64,000 nt of DNA from assembly GCA_048268245.1 (NCBI GenBank), contig JBLWVX010000001.1, positions 1-64,000 of the forward strand, given 5' to 3'. This DNA is from Arcobacteraceae bacterium. GTDB taxonomy: Bacteria; Campylobacterota; Campylobacteria; Campylobacterales; Arcobacteraceae. Below the pieces are notes generated by a model that ran no database searches, had not been told where the DNA came from, and was given only the letters and a program-made list of their open reading frames with translations. A program made the translations under genes and the position numbers. The first letter of the stretch is position 1. Each line of letters starts with the position of its first letter. Positions 1 to 8,116 of the stretch are shown one piece after another.

Positions 1-109
1 CATTTGATAAATCTTTTGATACTACATTTACAACTGGTGCTTTATCACCAACATTTACTTCGTTTCCAGTTAAGTTTACAACATTACCTTTTAATTTAGT
101 TGTTGCCAT
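1..109 (-). CDS. tpx: Thiol peroxidase (Tpx), 5' part; runs off the window edge
   Basis: Manual translation MATTKLKGNVVNLTGNEVNVGDKAPVVNVVSKDLS matches the Tpx N-terminus; AAGGA RBS upstream. Not in the ORF track. Confidence 0.85.
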   Translation of the reverse strand, partial: MATTKLKGNVVNLTGNEVNVGDKAPVVNVVSKDLSN

Positions 110-195
110 ATTTGTCCTTTGTTTTAATTAATTGCAAATATTATAATAAAACAGGATAAATTCTATCTTAATTAATGGGTATCAATTTGAAAAAT

Positions 196-1041
196 TTACG
201 ATTTTAGTCTTATTCCCTCATCTTCTAGTGTTATTTTACTATCATTTAGAAGTTTTGTTAGTGTTGCTTTAAAAGCTTTTTTACTTAAACCAAAAGTATC
301 TTTTATATCTTGTGCATCACTTTTGTATGTAAAATTCATAAAACCACCATTTTCTTCAAGTAATTCAAGAACTTTATTATCAGATACTTTTTTTCCTATT
401 TTTTGTAAAGATATATCCAGTTTTCCATCATTTCTTACATTTTTAATATAAGCTTTTTTTCTATCCCCTACTTTTATATTTTCAAAGATTTCATTATGGA
501 AAATCATTCCTTCTGTTTTATTGTTTACAATAACTTTAAAACCTAATGGAGTTTTAGAATAAAGTAAAATATCTACCTCATCATTTTGCTCAAATTTTTT
601 GATGTTTTTTTCTAAAGTAAATTTTTCATTTGCAATAAGTCTATTTGTTTTTTCATCAAGCTGTAATTGAAGTACTTTATATCCACCTATTGTATATGAA
701 CTTCTTTGTTTATTTCTTGGAACTAAAATATCTTTAGATAGTCCAATATCAACAAAAGCCCCAAACTTAGTTGTATCAACAACTTCAAGTGAAGCAAATT
801 CATCTAAATATACATAAGGTTTAAGTGTAGTAGCAACAATTCTATCTTCACTATCTGTATATATAAATACATCTACAAAAGTATCAACTTCCATTGATTT
901 ATCTATGTAAGCATTTGGAAGTAGTACTTCCTCGTCATTTTTAGCTATTAAAAATAGCCCAAACTCTGTAACTCTATTAACTCTTAGAGTATTAGTTTTT
1001 CCAACTTCTATTTTTTCATTCATTTTGGTAATTCCGTTCAT
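196..1041 (-). CDS. cvfB: CvfB-family S1-domain RNA-binding protein
   Basis: Repeated S1 motifs (FGLFL, FGAFVDIGL, DGKLDISL) and a C-terminal winged helix (FGLSKKAFK). The start may be the second Met at 1023. Confidence 0.85.
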   Translation of the reverse strand: MNGITKMNEKIEVGKTNTLRVNRVTEFGLFLIAKNDEEVLLPNAYIDKSMEVDTFVDVFIYTDSEDRIVATTLKPYVYLDEFASLEVVDTTKFGAFVDIGLSKDILVPRNKQRSSYTIGGYKVLQLQLDEKTNRLIANEKFTLEKNIKKFEQNDEVDILLYSKTPLGFKVIVNNKTEGMIFHNEIFENIKVGDRKKAYIKNVRNDGKLDISLQKIGKKVSDNKVLELLEENGGFMNFTYKSDAQDIKDTFGLSKKAFKATLTKLLNDSKITLEDEGIRLKS

Positions 1042-1117
1042 TAAATTTTGAAAGTATTATATCTAAATTTTTAACTTATAATTGATTTTAATAAGAATAA
1101 TAAAAGAAACAGTATTA

Positions 1118-1151
1118 AAAAGAGAACTACATGTAAAGGTAGTTCTCTTTT
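1118..1151 (-). terminator. Intrinsic terminator after znuB
   Basis: Inverted repeat aaaagagaactac / gtagttctctttt directly after the stop codon. Confidence 0.7.
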
Positions 1152-1946
1152 CTATCTTTTAATAAATTTGACAATTGTTAAAATAACAACTGCTGAGATA
1201 ATAATACTAGCACCTGAGCTAATATCATAATAGTATGAAATAGCAAGTCCTATTATTGTAAATAGTGTTGCTAAAGCTGAGCTTAGTATCATCATTGTTG
1301 AAAGTCTTGAAGCAAAGCTTTCAGCTAAATATGTAGGTATTGTAAGTAATGCAATTACTAAAATCAATCCCACTGCTTTGATTGCGGCTACTACACAAAG
1401 AGAAGCAAGTATCAAGATAAGTGTATAAAAGAACTTAGTATTTATTCCTCTAAGTGATGCAAATTCACTATCATAGGATACAGCTAAAATCTGCTTATAA
1501 AAAATCATAACTATTGAGATAATAAATATATCTAAAATAGTCATATATAAAACATCCCCACTTGATACAGCAATAATTGAACCAAATAAATATGACATTA
1601 AATCCACATTATATCCAGGAGTGATATCTACAAAGATAATTCCTAAAGCCATACCAAATGCCCACATCAAACCTATGACTGAATCTGCTCTATTTCTATT
1701 TTTAAGTGTAAGCATAGCAATAATTACAGCTGTAATGATTGCAAAAATAGTTGCTCCAAATAAAACAGGTATTCCTAAATAAATAGCAAGCCCTATTCCA
1801 CCATATGAACTATGAGCAATACCACCTGTTAAAAACGTAAGTCTATTTACAACAACTAATGAACCTATAATTCCTGCTGAAATTGATATTAAAATCCCTG
1901 CTATTAAAGCATTTTGAATAAAATCATATTGTAAAGCTTCTAACAT
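1152..1946 (-). CDS. znuB: Zn/Mn ABC transporter permease
   Basis: ABC-3 permease motifs GIAHSSYGGIG, SYLFGSI, AVGLILVIALLTIP. Confidence 0.85.
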   Translation of the reverse strand: MLEALQYDFIQNALIAGILISISAGIIGSLVVVNRLTFLTGGIAHSSYGGIGLAIYLGIPVLFGATIFAIITAVIIAMLTLKNRNRADSVIGLMWAFGMALGIIFVDITPGYNVDLMSYLFGSIIAVSSGDVLYMTILDIFIISIVMIFYKQILAVSYDSEFASLRGINTKFFYTLILILASLCVVAAIKAVGLILVIALLTIPTYLAESFASRLSTMMILSSALATLFTIIGLAISYYYDISSGASIIISAVVILTIVKFIKR

Positions 1947-1954
1947 CTCATTCC

Positions 1955-2698
1955 TTAATGCTTATGGTCACAACAAACTTGTGTTTTACCTAAAGCTGAT
2001 AAAAGCTCAACTTCACATAAGTGTTCATCTGTTGTTTTTATATTTTCTTTAATATTTTCTAGCGAGTGATAAACTAAATTTTTATTCACATGTGCAACTT
2101 TTTTTGCATAATTTAAAAGAACTGAAATATCATGACTTACAACAACTATACAAATATCTTTGTTTAACTGTTTTAGTAATTCATATATTTCATTTTGACC
2201 TTTTACATCAATACTTGCAGTTGGTTCATCAAGAAGTATTACTTTTGGATTTGAACAAAGTGCTCTTGCAATAAAGACTCTTTGTCTTTGTCCTCCACTT
2301 AAATCACCAATTTTTCTATTTTCAAAACCTTTCATTCCTACTTGTTCTAATGAATGTTTTGCACAAGCTATATCCTCTTTTGCATAACCAAAGATTCTTT
2401 TTTTAGCTGTGATATGTCCCATTAAAACTACTTCTAAAGCAGTTATTGGAAAATCTGTATTTAAATTTGTATTTTGTGGAACATATCCTATTTGTTCATT
2501 TTCTACGTTTTTTACAATATAGCCATTATTTGTTTTTAGTAGTCCTAAAATAAGTTTTAAAAGAGTTGATTTTCCACCACCATTCGGTCCAATGATTGCT
2601 AAAAAATCTTCACTATTTATTTCTAAATTTATATTTTCTAATACTTTTATATTTTTTGTATATTCAAATGATAAATCTTTAATTTCTAATATTTTCAA
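1955..2698 (-). CDS. znuC: Zn/Mn ABC transporter ATP-binding protein
   Basis: Walker A GPNGGGKST, GYVPQ, LSGGQRQR, Cys/His-rich C-terminus (CCDHKH); TTG start. Confidence 0.85.
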   Translation of the reverse strand: MKILEIKDLSFEYTKNIKVLENINLEINSEDFLAIIGPNGGGKSTLLKLILGLLKTNNGYIVKNVENEQIGYVPQNTNLNTDFPITALEVVLMGHITAKKRIFGYAKEDIACAKHSLEQVGMKGFENRKIGDLSGGQRQRVFIARALCSNPKVILLDEPTASIDVKGQNEIYELLKQLNKDICIVVVSHDISVLLNYAKKVAHVNKNLVYHSLENIKENIKTTDEHLCEVELLSALGKTQVCCDHKH

Positions 2699-2710
2699 TT
2701 TTCACCTTCT

Positions 2711-2734
2711 TGCAACTTCGTCGCAATTATATCA
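2711..2734 (-). promoter_or_regulatory. Putative Zur-type operator next to the extended -10 of znuCB
   Basis: Near-palindrome TGCAAC-ttc-GTCGCA (2711-2725) immediately downstream of TGATATAAT (minus strand, 2726-2734). Confidence 0.6.
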
Positions 2735-2748
2735 AATTTTTTTTAATC

Positions 2749-3492
2749 CTAAATATATCCCATAATCTTTGAATATAATAAACCTATATATTCATGAAAT
2801 GCTACTTCTACTTTATATAAATTTCTACTTGAGAAAAATGAACTAAAACTTTTTTCTTCATGTACTAAATGATTAGTGGGAGCTGCTATTGGATTTAGTC
2901 CTTGTTTTTGAAAAAGCAACATAGCTCTTTTCATATGTGAAGCAGATGTTACTAATATAAATTCTTCATCTTTTATAATCTCTTTTGCCTTAATAGCTTC
3001 TTCTTTTGTATCTCTTGGAGTATCAAGCCTTAATATATTTTCATTTTTTACACCAAGTGCATTTGCTAAAAGTTGTTGCATAAAAGCATGAGGATTTTTA
3101 TCGTAGCCACTATAACCTGATACTATTAATTTTGCATCTTTTAGTTTATTGAAATGTTTTATACCTTCATTTAGTCTATTTTGAGCTATCATATTTACCT
3201 GAGAGGTTATACTTAGGTTCTCATTACTTGCATGACCATTTCCTAAAACTAAGACATATTTTACATTTGGTGTTTGAAGTAGTGCTTTATGAGAGCTTTC
3301 CAAAGGCTGTAAAATTGCATTTGATATGGGTTGGAAAGAAAGAAGTGCTAACCAAGAAATAGTAAAAAAAAGTACTATTTTAGCTTTTGCATATGAGTTT
3401 TTAAATAAAAAATAAACTCCCAAAGCAAACATAAAAAGTGCTATTGGCATTGGAAGTAAAAAAGCTGCTACGAATTTTTTTAGAAAAAACAT
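2749..3492 (-). CDS. ElyC/SanA/YdcF (DUF218) family membrane protein
   Basis: N-terminal TM helices, VLVLGNG, RDTKEEA, LVTSASHMKRA, HEYIG motifs. Confidence 0.8.
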   Translation of the reverse strand: MFFLKKFVAAFLLPMPIALFMFALGVYFLFKNSYAKAKIVLFFTISWLALLSFQPISNAILQPLESSHKALLQTPNVKYVLVLGNGHASNENLSITSQVNMIAQNRLNEGIKHFNKLKDAKLIVSGYSGYDKNPHAFMQQLLANALGVKNENILRLDTPRDTKEEAIKAKEIIKDEEFILVTSASHMKRAMLLFQKQGLNPIAAPTNHLVHEEKSFSSFFSSRNLYKVEVAFHEYIGLLYSKIMGYI

Positions 3493-4284
3493 CTACTCAT
3501 TCTCTCCTATTAAAGCAGAAGTATATCCAACAACTCTAGTCTTATCATTTGTGACATCTGAACTTGTACAATAGTGTAAAATTTTTGTATCTAAACTATT
3601 TTTAATTGCATAATCTATTATTGCCATAACACCTATTTTCCCACAAGCTTCACACTCATTAAATTTATTCATTTGCTTTTTACTTATAGCTTCAATGCAA
3701 ATATTGTCTAAAAAGTTTGCTTCTTCTTCATTATAAAAATGACTCAAATCAGTACTTATAACTACTAAATTAGTTTCATCTTTTAAAACCTCATCAAGAA
3801 GTTTACTTATATCTTTATAATTACAATCTCCATAAACTATCTCAACAATTTTTGTATTTTTAAAATAGTTTTTTATAAAGGGAGCTTGGGTTTCTGTTGA
3901 ATGTTCAAATTCACACTCAACATTAAAGTCTAAAAAATTAAATTTATCTTTTAAAAAATTAGAGTACTCTAAATCTATGTCTATATTTCCCAAAGGAGTT
4001 TCATATTCATCATATAAAGCAACACTTGCACCTTTTAAATAAGCCCTATGTGATGGTCCAAGTACAATTACTCTTTTATAATCTTTTTTACTTACTTTTC
4101 TGTAAGCTAAATTTGCTGTAAACCCACTAAATACATAACCTGCATGAGGAGAAATTATAGCTTTAATATTTTCAATACTTCCACTTTCATCTTTAATACT
4201 ATTAAAGTTCTTAAAATACTTATTTAGTTCACTTTTGGAATCAGGATAAAAACTGCCTGAAACAACTGCTTTTCTAATACTCAT
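3493..4284 (-). CDS. amrB: AmmeMemoRadiSam system protein B (MEMO1 family)
   Basis: IRKAVVSGSFYP, PHAGYVFSG, LGPSH, EHSTE, STDLSHF, VVGY motifs. Confidence 0.9.
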   Translation of the reverse strand: MSIRKAVVSGSFYPDSKSELNKYFKNFNSIKDESGSIENIKAIISPHAGYVFSGFTANLAYRKVSKKDYKRVIVLGPSHRAYLKGASVALYDEYETPLGNIDIDLEYSNFLKDKFNFLDFNVECEFEHSTETQAPFIKNYFKNTKIVEIVYGDCNYKDISKLLDEVLKDETNLVVISTDLSHFYNEEEANFLDNICIEAISKKQMNKFNECEACGKIGVMAIIDYAIKNSLDTKILHYCTSSDVTNDKTRVVGYTSALIGENE

Positions 4285-5267
4285 GAAAAAACTCCTTGTA
4301 TTTCATAATTACATTTAGGACATTTGCCATTTTTAAGCCTATTTTCTAAAACCTCAAACCTATTTCGTTTTAAAACACTCTCTTCACAGTTTGGACAATA
4401 AGTGTGATTATCAAAGCCTATATTGCCAATATAAGCATATTTTAACCCAACTTCTTTTGCTATATCATTTGCTAGTTTTAAAGACTCAAAAGAAGTATTT
4501 GGTAAATCCATCTCTTTATAATCAGGATGAAAAGCTGAAACATGCCAAGGTGTAAACTCATCAAGCTCTTCTTTTATAAAGCTAGCTATTTTAGTTAATT
4601 CTTCTTTTGAATCATTTTTTGTAGGAACTATAAGTGTAGTTACTTCAACCCAAATACCATTTTTCTTAAAATGCTTTAGATTTTTTAAAACCTGTTTTAA
4701 ACTACCACCTAAACTTTTTTTATAATAGTTTTCATTAAAAGATTTTAAATCAATGTTTACAGCATCAATAATGCCTTTCATATCATCAATTACTTCACTA
4801 CTTTCAAAACCATTTGAAACATAAACATTTTTTATTCCATATTTTTTAGCTTCAATGGCACAATCTTTAGCATAAGGATAAAAAATAGTAGGTTCATTGT
4901 AAGTATAAGAAATAGTATCACATTTATAATGTTTTGCCATTTTTACTATGTCTTTAGGACTATAATAAACAGCTTTATTTATATTATGCTCTTGTGAAAT
5001 TCCATGATTTTGACAAAAAGAACATCTAAAATTACATCCGACCGTACCTATTGAAAATGATTTTGACTGAGGAAGTACATGATATAAAGGCTTTTTTTCA
5101 ATTGGGTCTATATTCATAGCAGCAGGGTATCCATAAACTAAACACTCTATTTTTTCACCTGTGTTTTTATTCACCTCACAAATACCAGTTTGATTTGCTT
5201 TTAACTTACAATAGTAAGAGCATAATTGACAAACTAATCTGTCATTTTGCTTTTTATAAAAGTTCAT
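4281..5267 (-). CDS. amrS: AmmeMemoRadiSam system radical SAM enzyme
   Basis: DPIEKKPLYH, CNFRCSFCQN, TYNEPT, N- and C-terminal Cys clusters. Confidence 0.9.
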   Translation of the reverse strand: MNFYKKQNDRLVCQLCSYYCKLKANQTGICEVNKNTGEKIECLVYGYPAAMNIDPIEKKPLYHVLPQSKSFSIGTVGCNFRCSFCQNHGISQEHNINKAVYYSPKDIVKMAKHYKCDTISYTYNEPTIFYPYAKDCAIEAKKYGIKNVYVSNGFESSEVIDDMKGIIDAVNIDLKSFNENYYKKSLGGSLKQVLKNLKHFKKNGIWVEVTTLIVPTKNDSKEELTKIASFIKEELDEFTPWHVSAFHPDYKEMDLPNTSFESLKLANDIAKEVGLKYAYIGNIGFDNHTYCPNCEESVLKRNRFEVLENRLKNGKCPKCNYEIQGVFS

Positions 5268-5821
5268 TACTTTATCTTTATTGCTGTGTATGTATAAATA
5301 GTTGGTTTGTTTTCTAAACAGTTTTGAGAAAATCCAGCTTTTTTTGATAGTTGAGCAAAAAACTCTTCAAAACTTGGAAGTTGTTCCCAAACTTGAGGTA
5401 AAAAAGTTGCTCTTCTACCTTCAAATTCTAAGATAACTCCATGTTCATAAACTTTGATTTTCTTTTTTAAATCTTGTGTATTTTCATATTCAAGTTTTGC
5501 AGCAGGAGTTAAAACAGATATTTCAATATCAATATTTTTAAACTCCAAAGCTGTTAATCTATTAAATCTTAAATCACTAAAAGCTGCATTGTAAGCATTT
5601 AAAATCACATCATCAAGTAAACTTTTATTAGCTACCAAGGAACCTATACAACCTCTTAATTTTCCATTTAGATTTAAAGTGACAAAACAAGCTCTTTGTT
5701 CATTTAAAATAGGATATTTTTCTATTAATTTTTGTTTATTAATTTCAAAACTGCTATCAAACTCACTTAAAATTGTATTTCTTGCAACTTCAAGTAAAAC
5801 TTGTTCTATACTAATTTCCAT
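5267..5821 (-). CDS. amrA: AmmeMemoRadiSam system protein A (AMMECR1 family)
   Basis: FVTL, LRGCIGS, AAFSDLRF, ATFLPQVWEQLP motifs. Confidence 0.9.
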   Translation of the reverse strand: MEISIEQVLLEVARNTILSEFDSSFEINKQKLIEKYPILNEQRACFVTLNLNGKLRGCIGSLVANKSLLDDVILNAYNAAFSDLRFNRLTALEFKNIDIEISVLTPAAKLEYENTQDLKKKIKVYEHGVILEFEGRRATFLPQVWEQLPSFEEFFAQLSKKAGFSQNCLENKPTIYTYTAIKIK

Positions 5822-5829
5822 ACTATTTC

Positions 5830-6765
5830 CTATTTTACTTTTATTATATCCTTAATTGCTTCTATAAACATATCACTATCATTTACACATTTACAAACTC
5901 TAAACTCTTTTACTCCAATTTCTTCAGCTATTTCTCTATACTCAATATCAAGTTCAAAATCAGTTTCAGAGTTATCAACAGTAAATGCAATTGGGTAAAC
6001 AATCACATTTTCATCTTTAAAGTTTTCAAGCATATCATCAAGTGAAGGATCAAGCCATTTCATAGGACCTACTTTTGATTGGTAAGCTAGGTTTATTGAT
6101 TTAAACTTCTGCCCTTCTTGTTTAAGCATTTTTGATAAAATCTCTACATGCTTATTCATTTGCTTTTCATAAGGATCACCTTTATCTACAATCTTTTGAG
6201 GTAAACCATGAGCTGAAAAAATAAGATTAAACTCATCTGCTTGTGAATTTGCTTTTTTCTTTATTTCTTCAATAATACATTTATTAAAAGCTTCATTTTT
6301 ATAAAATGTTCCTTTTGTTCTTATTTTAAAAGAGTCTTTAGCAAACTCTTTAAAATCTTCTAATGATGACTTTGTAGTTGTTGTTGAAAATTGAGGATAT
6401 AAAGGAAGTAAAACAACCTCTTCAATTCCATCTTTTTTCATATCTTCAATTACATCTTTTGCAAAAGGAGGAGTATATCTCATAATTTGATATGTTTTAT
6501 ACTCTTTTATATTTTTATTTACTTTATCAACTAACTTTTCAGTTAGAGGATTTAATGGCGAGAAACCACCAATTTCCTCATAGTTTTTCCAGGCACTATT
6601 AAGTCTTGAAGTTGTAATAAAAAATGCAATCATTTTTCTTATTAGTTTTGGGGCCGCTATGATATTTTTATCATTAAACATGTTTGTTAAAAAAAGTTTC
6701 AATTCATCTTTACTTCTTGCTCCACCCATATTAAGTAGAACTAAGGCTTTTTTATTGTTTTCCAT
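5830..6765 (-). CDS. hemH: Ferrochelatase
   Basis: LLNMGG, LPLYPQFSTTT, FSAHGLP, YQSKVGPMKWL, DNSETDFE. Confidence 0.95.
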   Translation of the reverse strand: MENNKKALVLLNMGGARSKDELKLFLTNMFNDKNIIAAPKLIRKMIAFFITTSRLNSAWKNYEEIGGFSPLNPLTEKLVDKVNKNIKEYKTYQIMRYTPPFAKDVIEDMKKDGIEEVVLLPLYPQFSTTTTKSSLEDFKEFAKDSFKIRTKGTFYKNEAFNKCIIEEIKKKANSQADEFNLIFSAHGLPQKIVDKGDPYEKQMNKHVEILSKMLKQEGQKFKSINLAYQSKVGPMKWLDPSLDDMLENFKDENVIVYPIAFTVDNSETDFELDIEYREIAEEIGVKEFRVCKCVNDSDMFIEAIKDIIKVK

Positions 6766-7354
6766 TTTTATCCAACCTTATAATTTTATCACTACACCAA
6801 GTAGCTAAATCAATATCATGTGTAATTAATAAAATTGCACATGAGTCTAAATATTTTATTAAAAGTTTCATTACATCATATGCGATGATATTATCTAATG
6901 CTGATGTAGGTTCATCAACCAAAAGAAGTTTAGGCTTCATTAAAAGTGCTCTTAAAATAGAACACCTTTGAAGTTGCCCACCACTTAACTCATAAGGTTT
7001 TTTATAAAGTAAACTCTCATCCAAGCTCAGTTCTTTTAAATAGTTATTCATATCTTTATAAAAGTCGTAATTAAGTACATCTTTTATTTGCTCAATTATA
7101 TTAAAAGTTGGATGAAAAGAGTTATAAGGGTCTTGAAAAATAAGACTTAAACTCTGCTTTCTTACAGTTCCATTTTGAGGCTTTAAACTACCTATTATCA
7201 ATTCAAAAAGTGTAGTTTTGCCACTACCACTTTTACCAAAAATTGTAAAAAGTTCACCCTTTTTTAGAGTCATTGAAAAGTTTTCATATATAGGTGTTTC
7301 TTTTTTATAAGAGAAGCTTAAATTATCAATTTGTAAAACTATATTATCTTCCAT
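6752..7354 (-). CDS. ABC transporter ATP-binding protein (peptide/nickel-like); no permease adjacent
   Basis: GKSGSGKT, IFQDP, PYELSGGQLQR, DEPTSALD. Confidence 0.8.
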   Translation of the reverse strand: MEDNIVLQIDNLSFSYKKETPIYENFSMTLKKGELFTIFGKSGSGKTTLFELIIGSLKPQNGTVRKQSLSLIFQDPYNSFHPTFNIIEQIKDVLNYDFYKDMNNYLKELSLDESLLYKKPYELSGGQLQRCSILRALLMKPKLLLVDEPTSALDNIIAYDVMKLLIKYLDSCAILLITHDIDLATWCSDKIIRLDKNGKQ

Positions 7355-7550
7355 AAAAACCTCTTAGTAATATAAAGACATACTATATAAAAAAGTGCCT
7401 TTAGCTTTGCAAAACCAAGCCTATAAAATCTTCACAATTTCTACACAATTATAGGTAACACTTATACTAACAATAAAAAGTTAATTGTAAGTATTAAGCT
7501 AACAAAAAGGAAAAATAGCTAAAATATTTGCTCAAATTCAAGGAGAAACA

Positions 7551-7841
7551 ATGAAGAAATTAGTATTAACTACATTATTCGCTGCAGCTACTGCTGCTAC
7601 ATTATCTGCTGCATCTTTCGCTGCATGTGCTGGATGTCATGGTGCAAACGGTGAAAAAGCTGCATTAGGTAAATCTCAAATCATTAAAGGTTGGGATGAA
7701 GCTAAGGTTATCGCTGCATTAAAAGGTTATAAAGATGGATCTTACGGTGGAGCTATGAAAGGTGTTATGAAAGGTCAAGTTGCTAGACTTTCTGATGCTG
7801 ATATTGCTGATTTAGCTAAGCAAATTGCTGCATTCAAATAA
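7551..7841 (+). CDS. Periplasmic monoheme cytochrome c553
   Basis: Signal peptide, CAGCH heme motif, MKGVM axial Met; AAGGAG RBS. Confidence 0.9.
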   Translation: MKKLVLTTLFAAATAATLSAASFAACAGCHGANGEKAALGKSQIIKGWDEAKVIAALKGYKDGSYGGAMKGVMKGQVARLSDADIADLAKQIAAFK

Positions 7842-7856
7842 TTAGTAATTCTTCAA

Positions 7857-7888
7857 GAGGTTAGTTTTTAACTAACCTCATTTTTTTT
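7857..7888. terminator. Hairpin terminator between convergent cytochrome c553 and ccoS
   Basis: gaggttagtt / aactaacctc followed by a T-run. Confidence 0.7.
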
Positions 7889-8107
7889 CTCATTTTTTTT
7901 GATCTTTTGCTCTTTAGCATCTTTTAACTTTTTCTCTTTATTTATAGCATCATTTAAATCATCTTCACTATCAAAAAGTAAACCATCAACCATTTTATTT
8001 GAATCATCAAATTGACCATTTTTAGCACCCCATACAAAAAGTAATAAAAGTCCAAAAGAGATAATCAATCCGACAATTAACATCATAAACAAAGTATCAT
8101 TAATCAT
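7868..8107 (-). CDS. ccoS: cbb3-type cytochrome oxidase maturation protein CcoS/FixS
   Basis: TM helix followed by WGAKNGQFDD signature; downstream of the CcoI-like ATPase. Confidence 0.85.
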   Translation of the reverse strand: MINDTLFMMLIVGLIISFGLLLLFVWGAKNGQFDDSNKMVDGLLFDSEDDLNDAINKEKKLKDAKEQKIKKNEKKNEVS

Positions 8108-8116
8108 ATATTCTTC

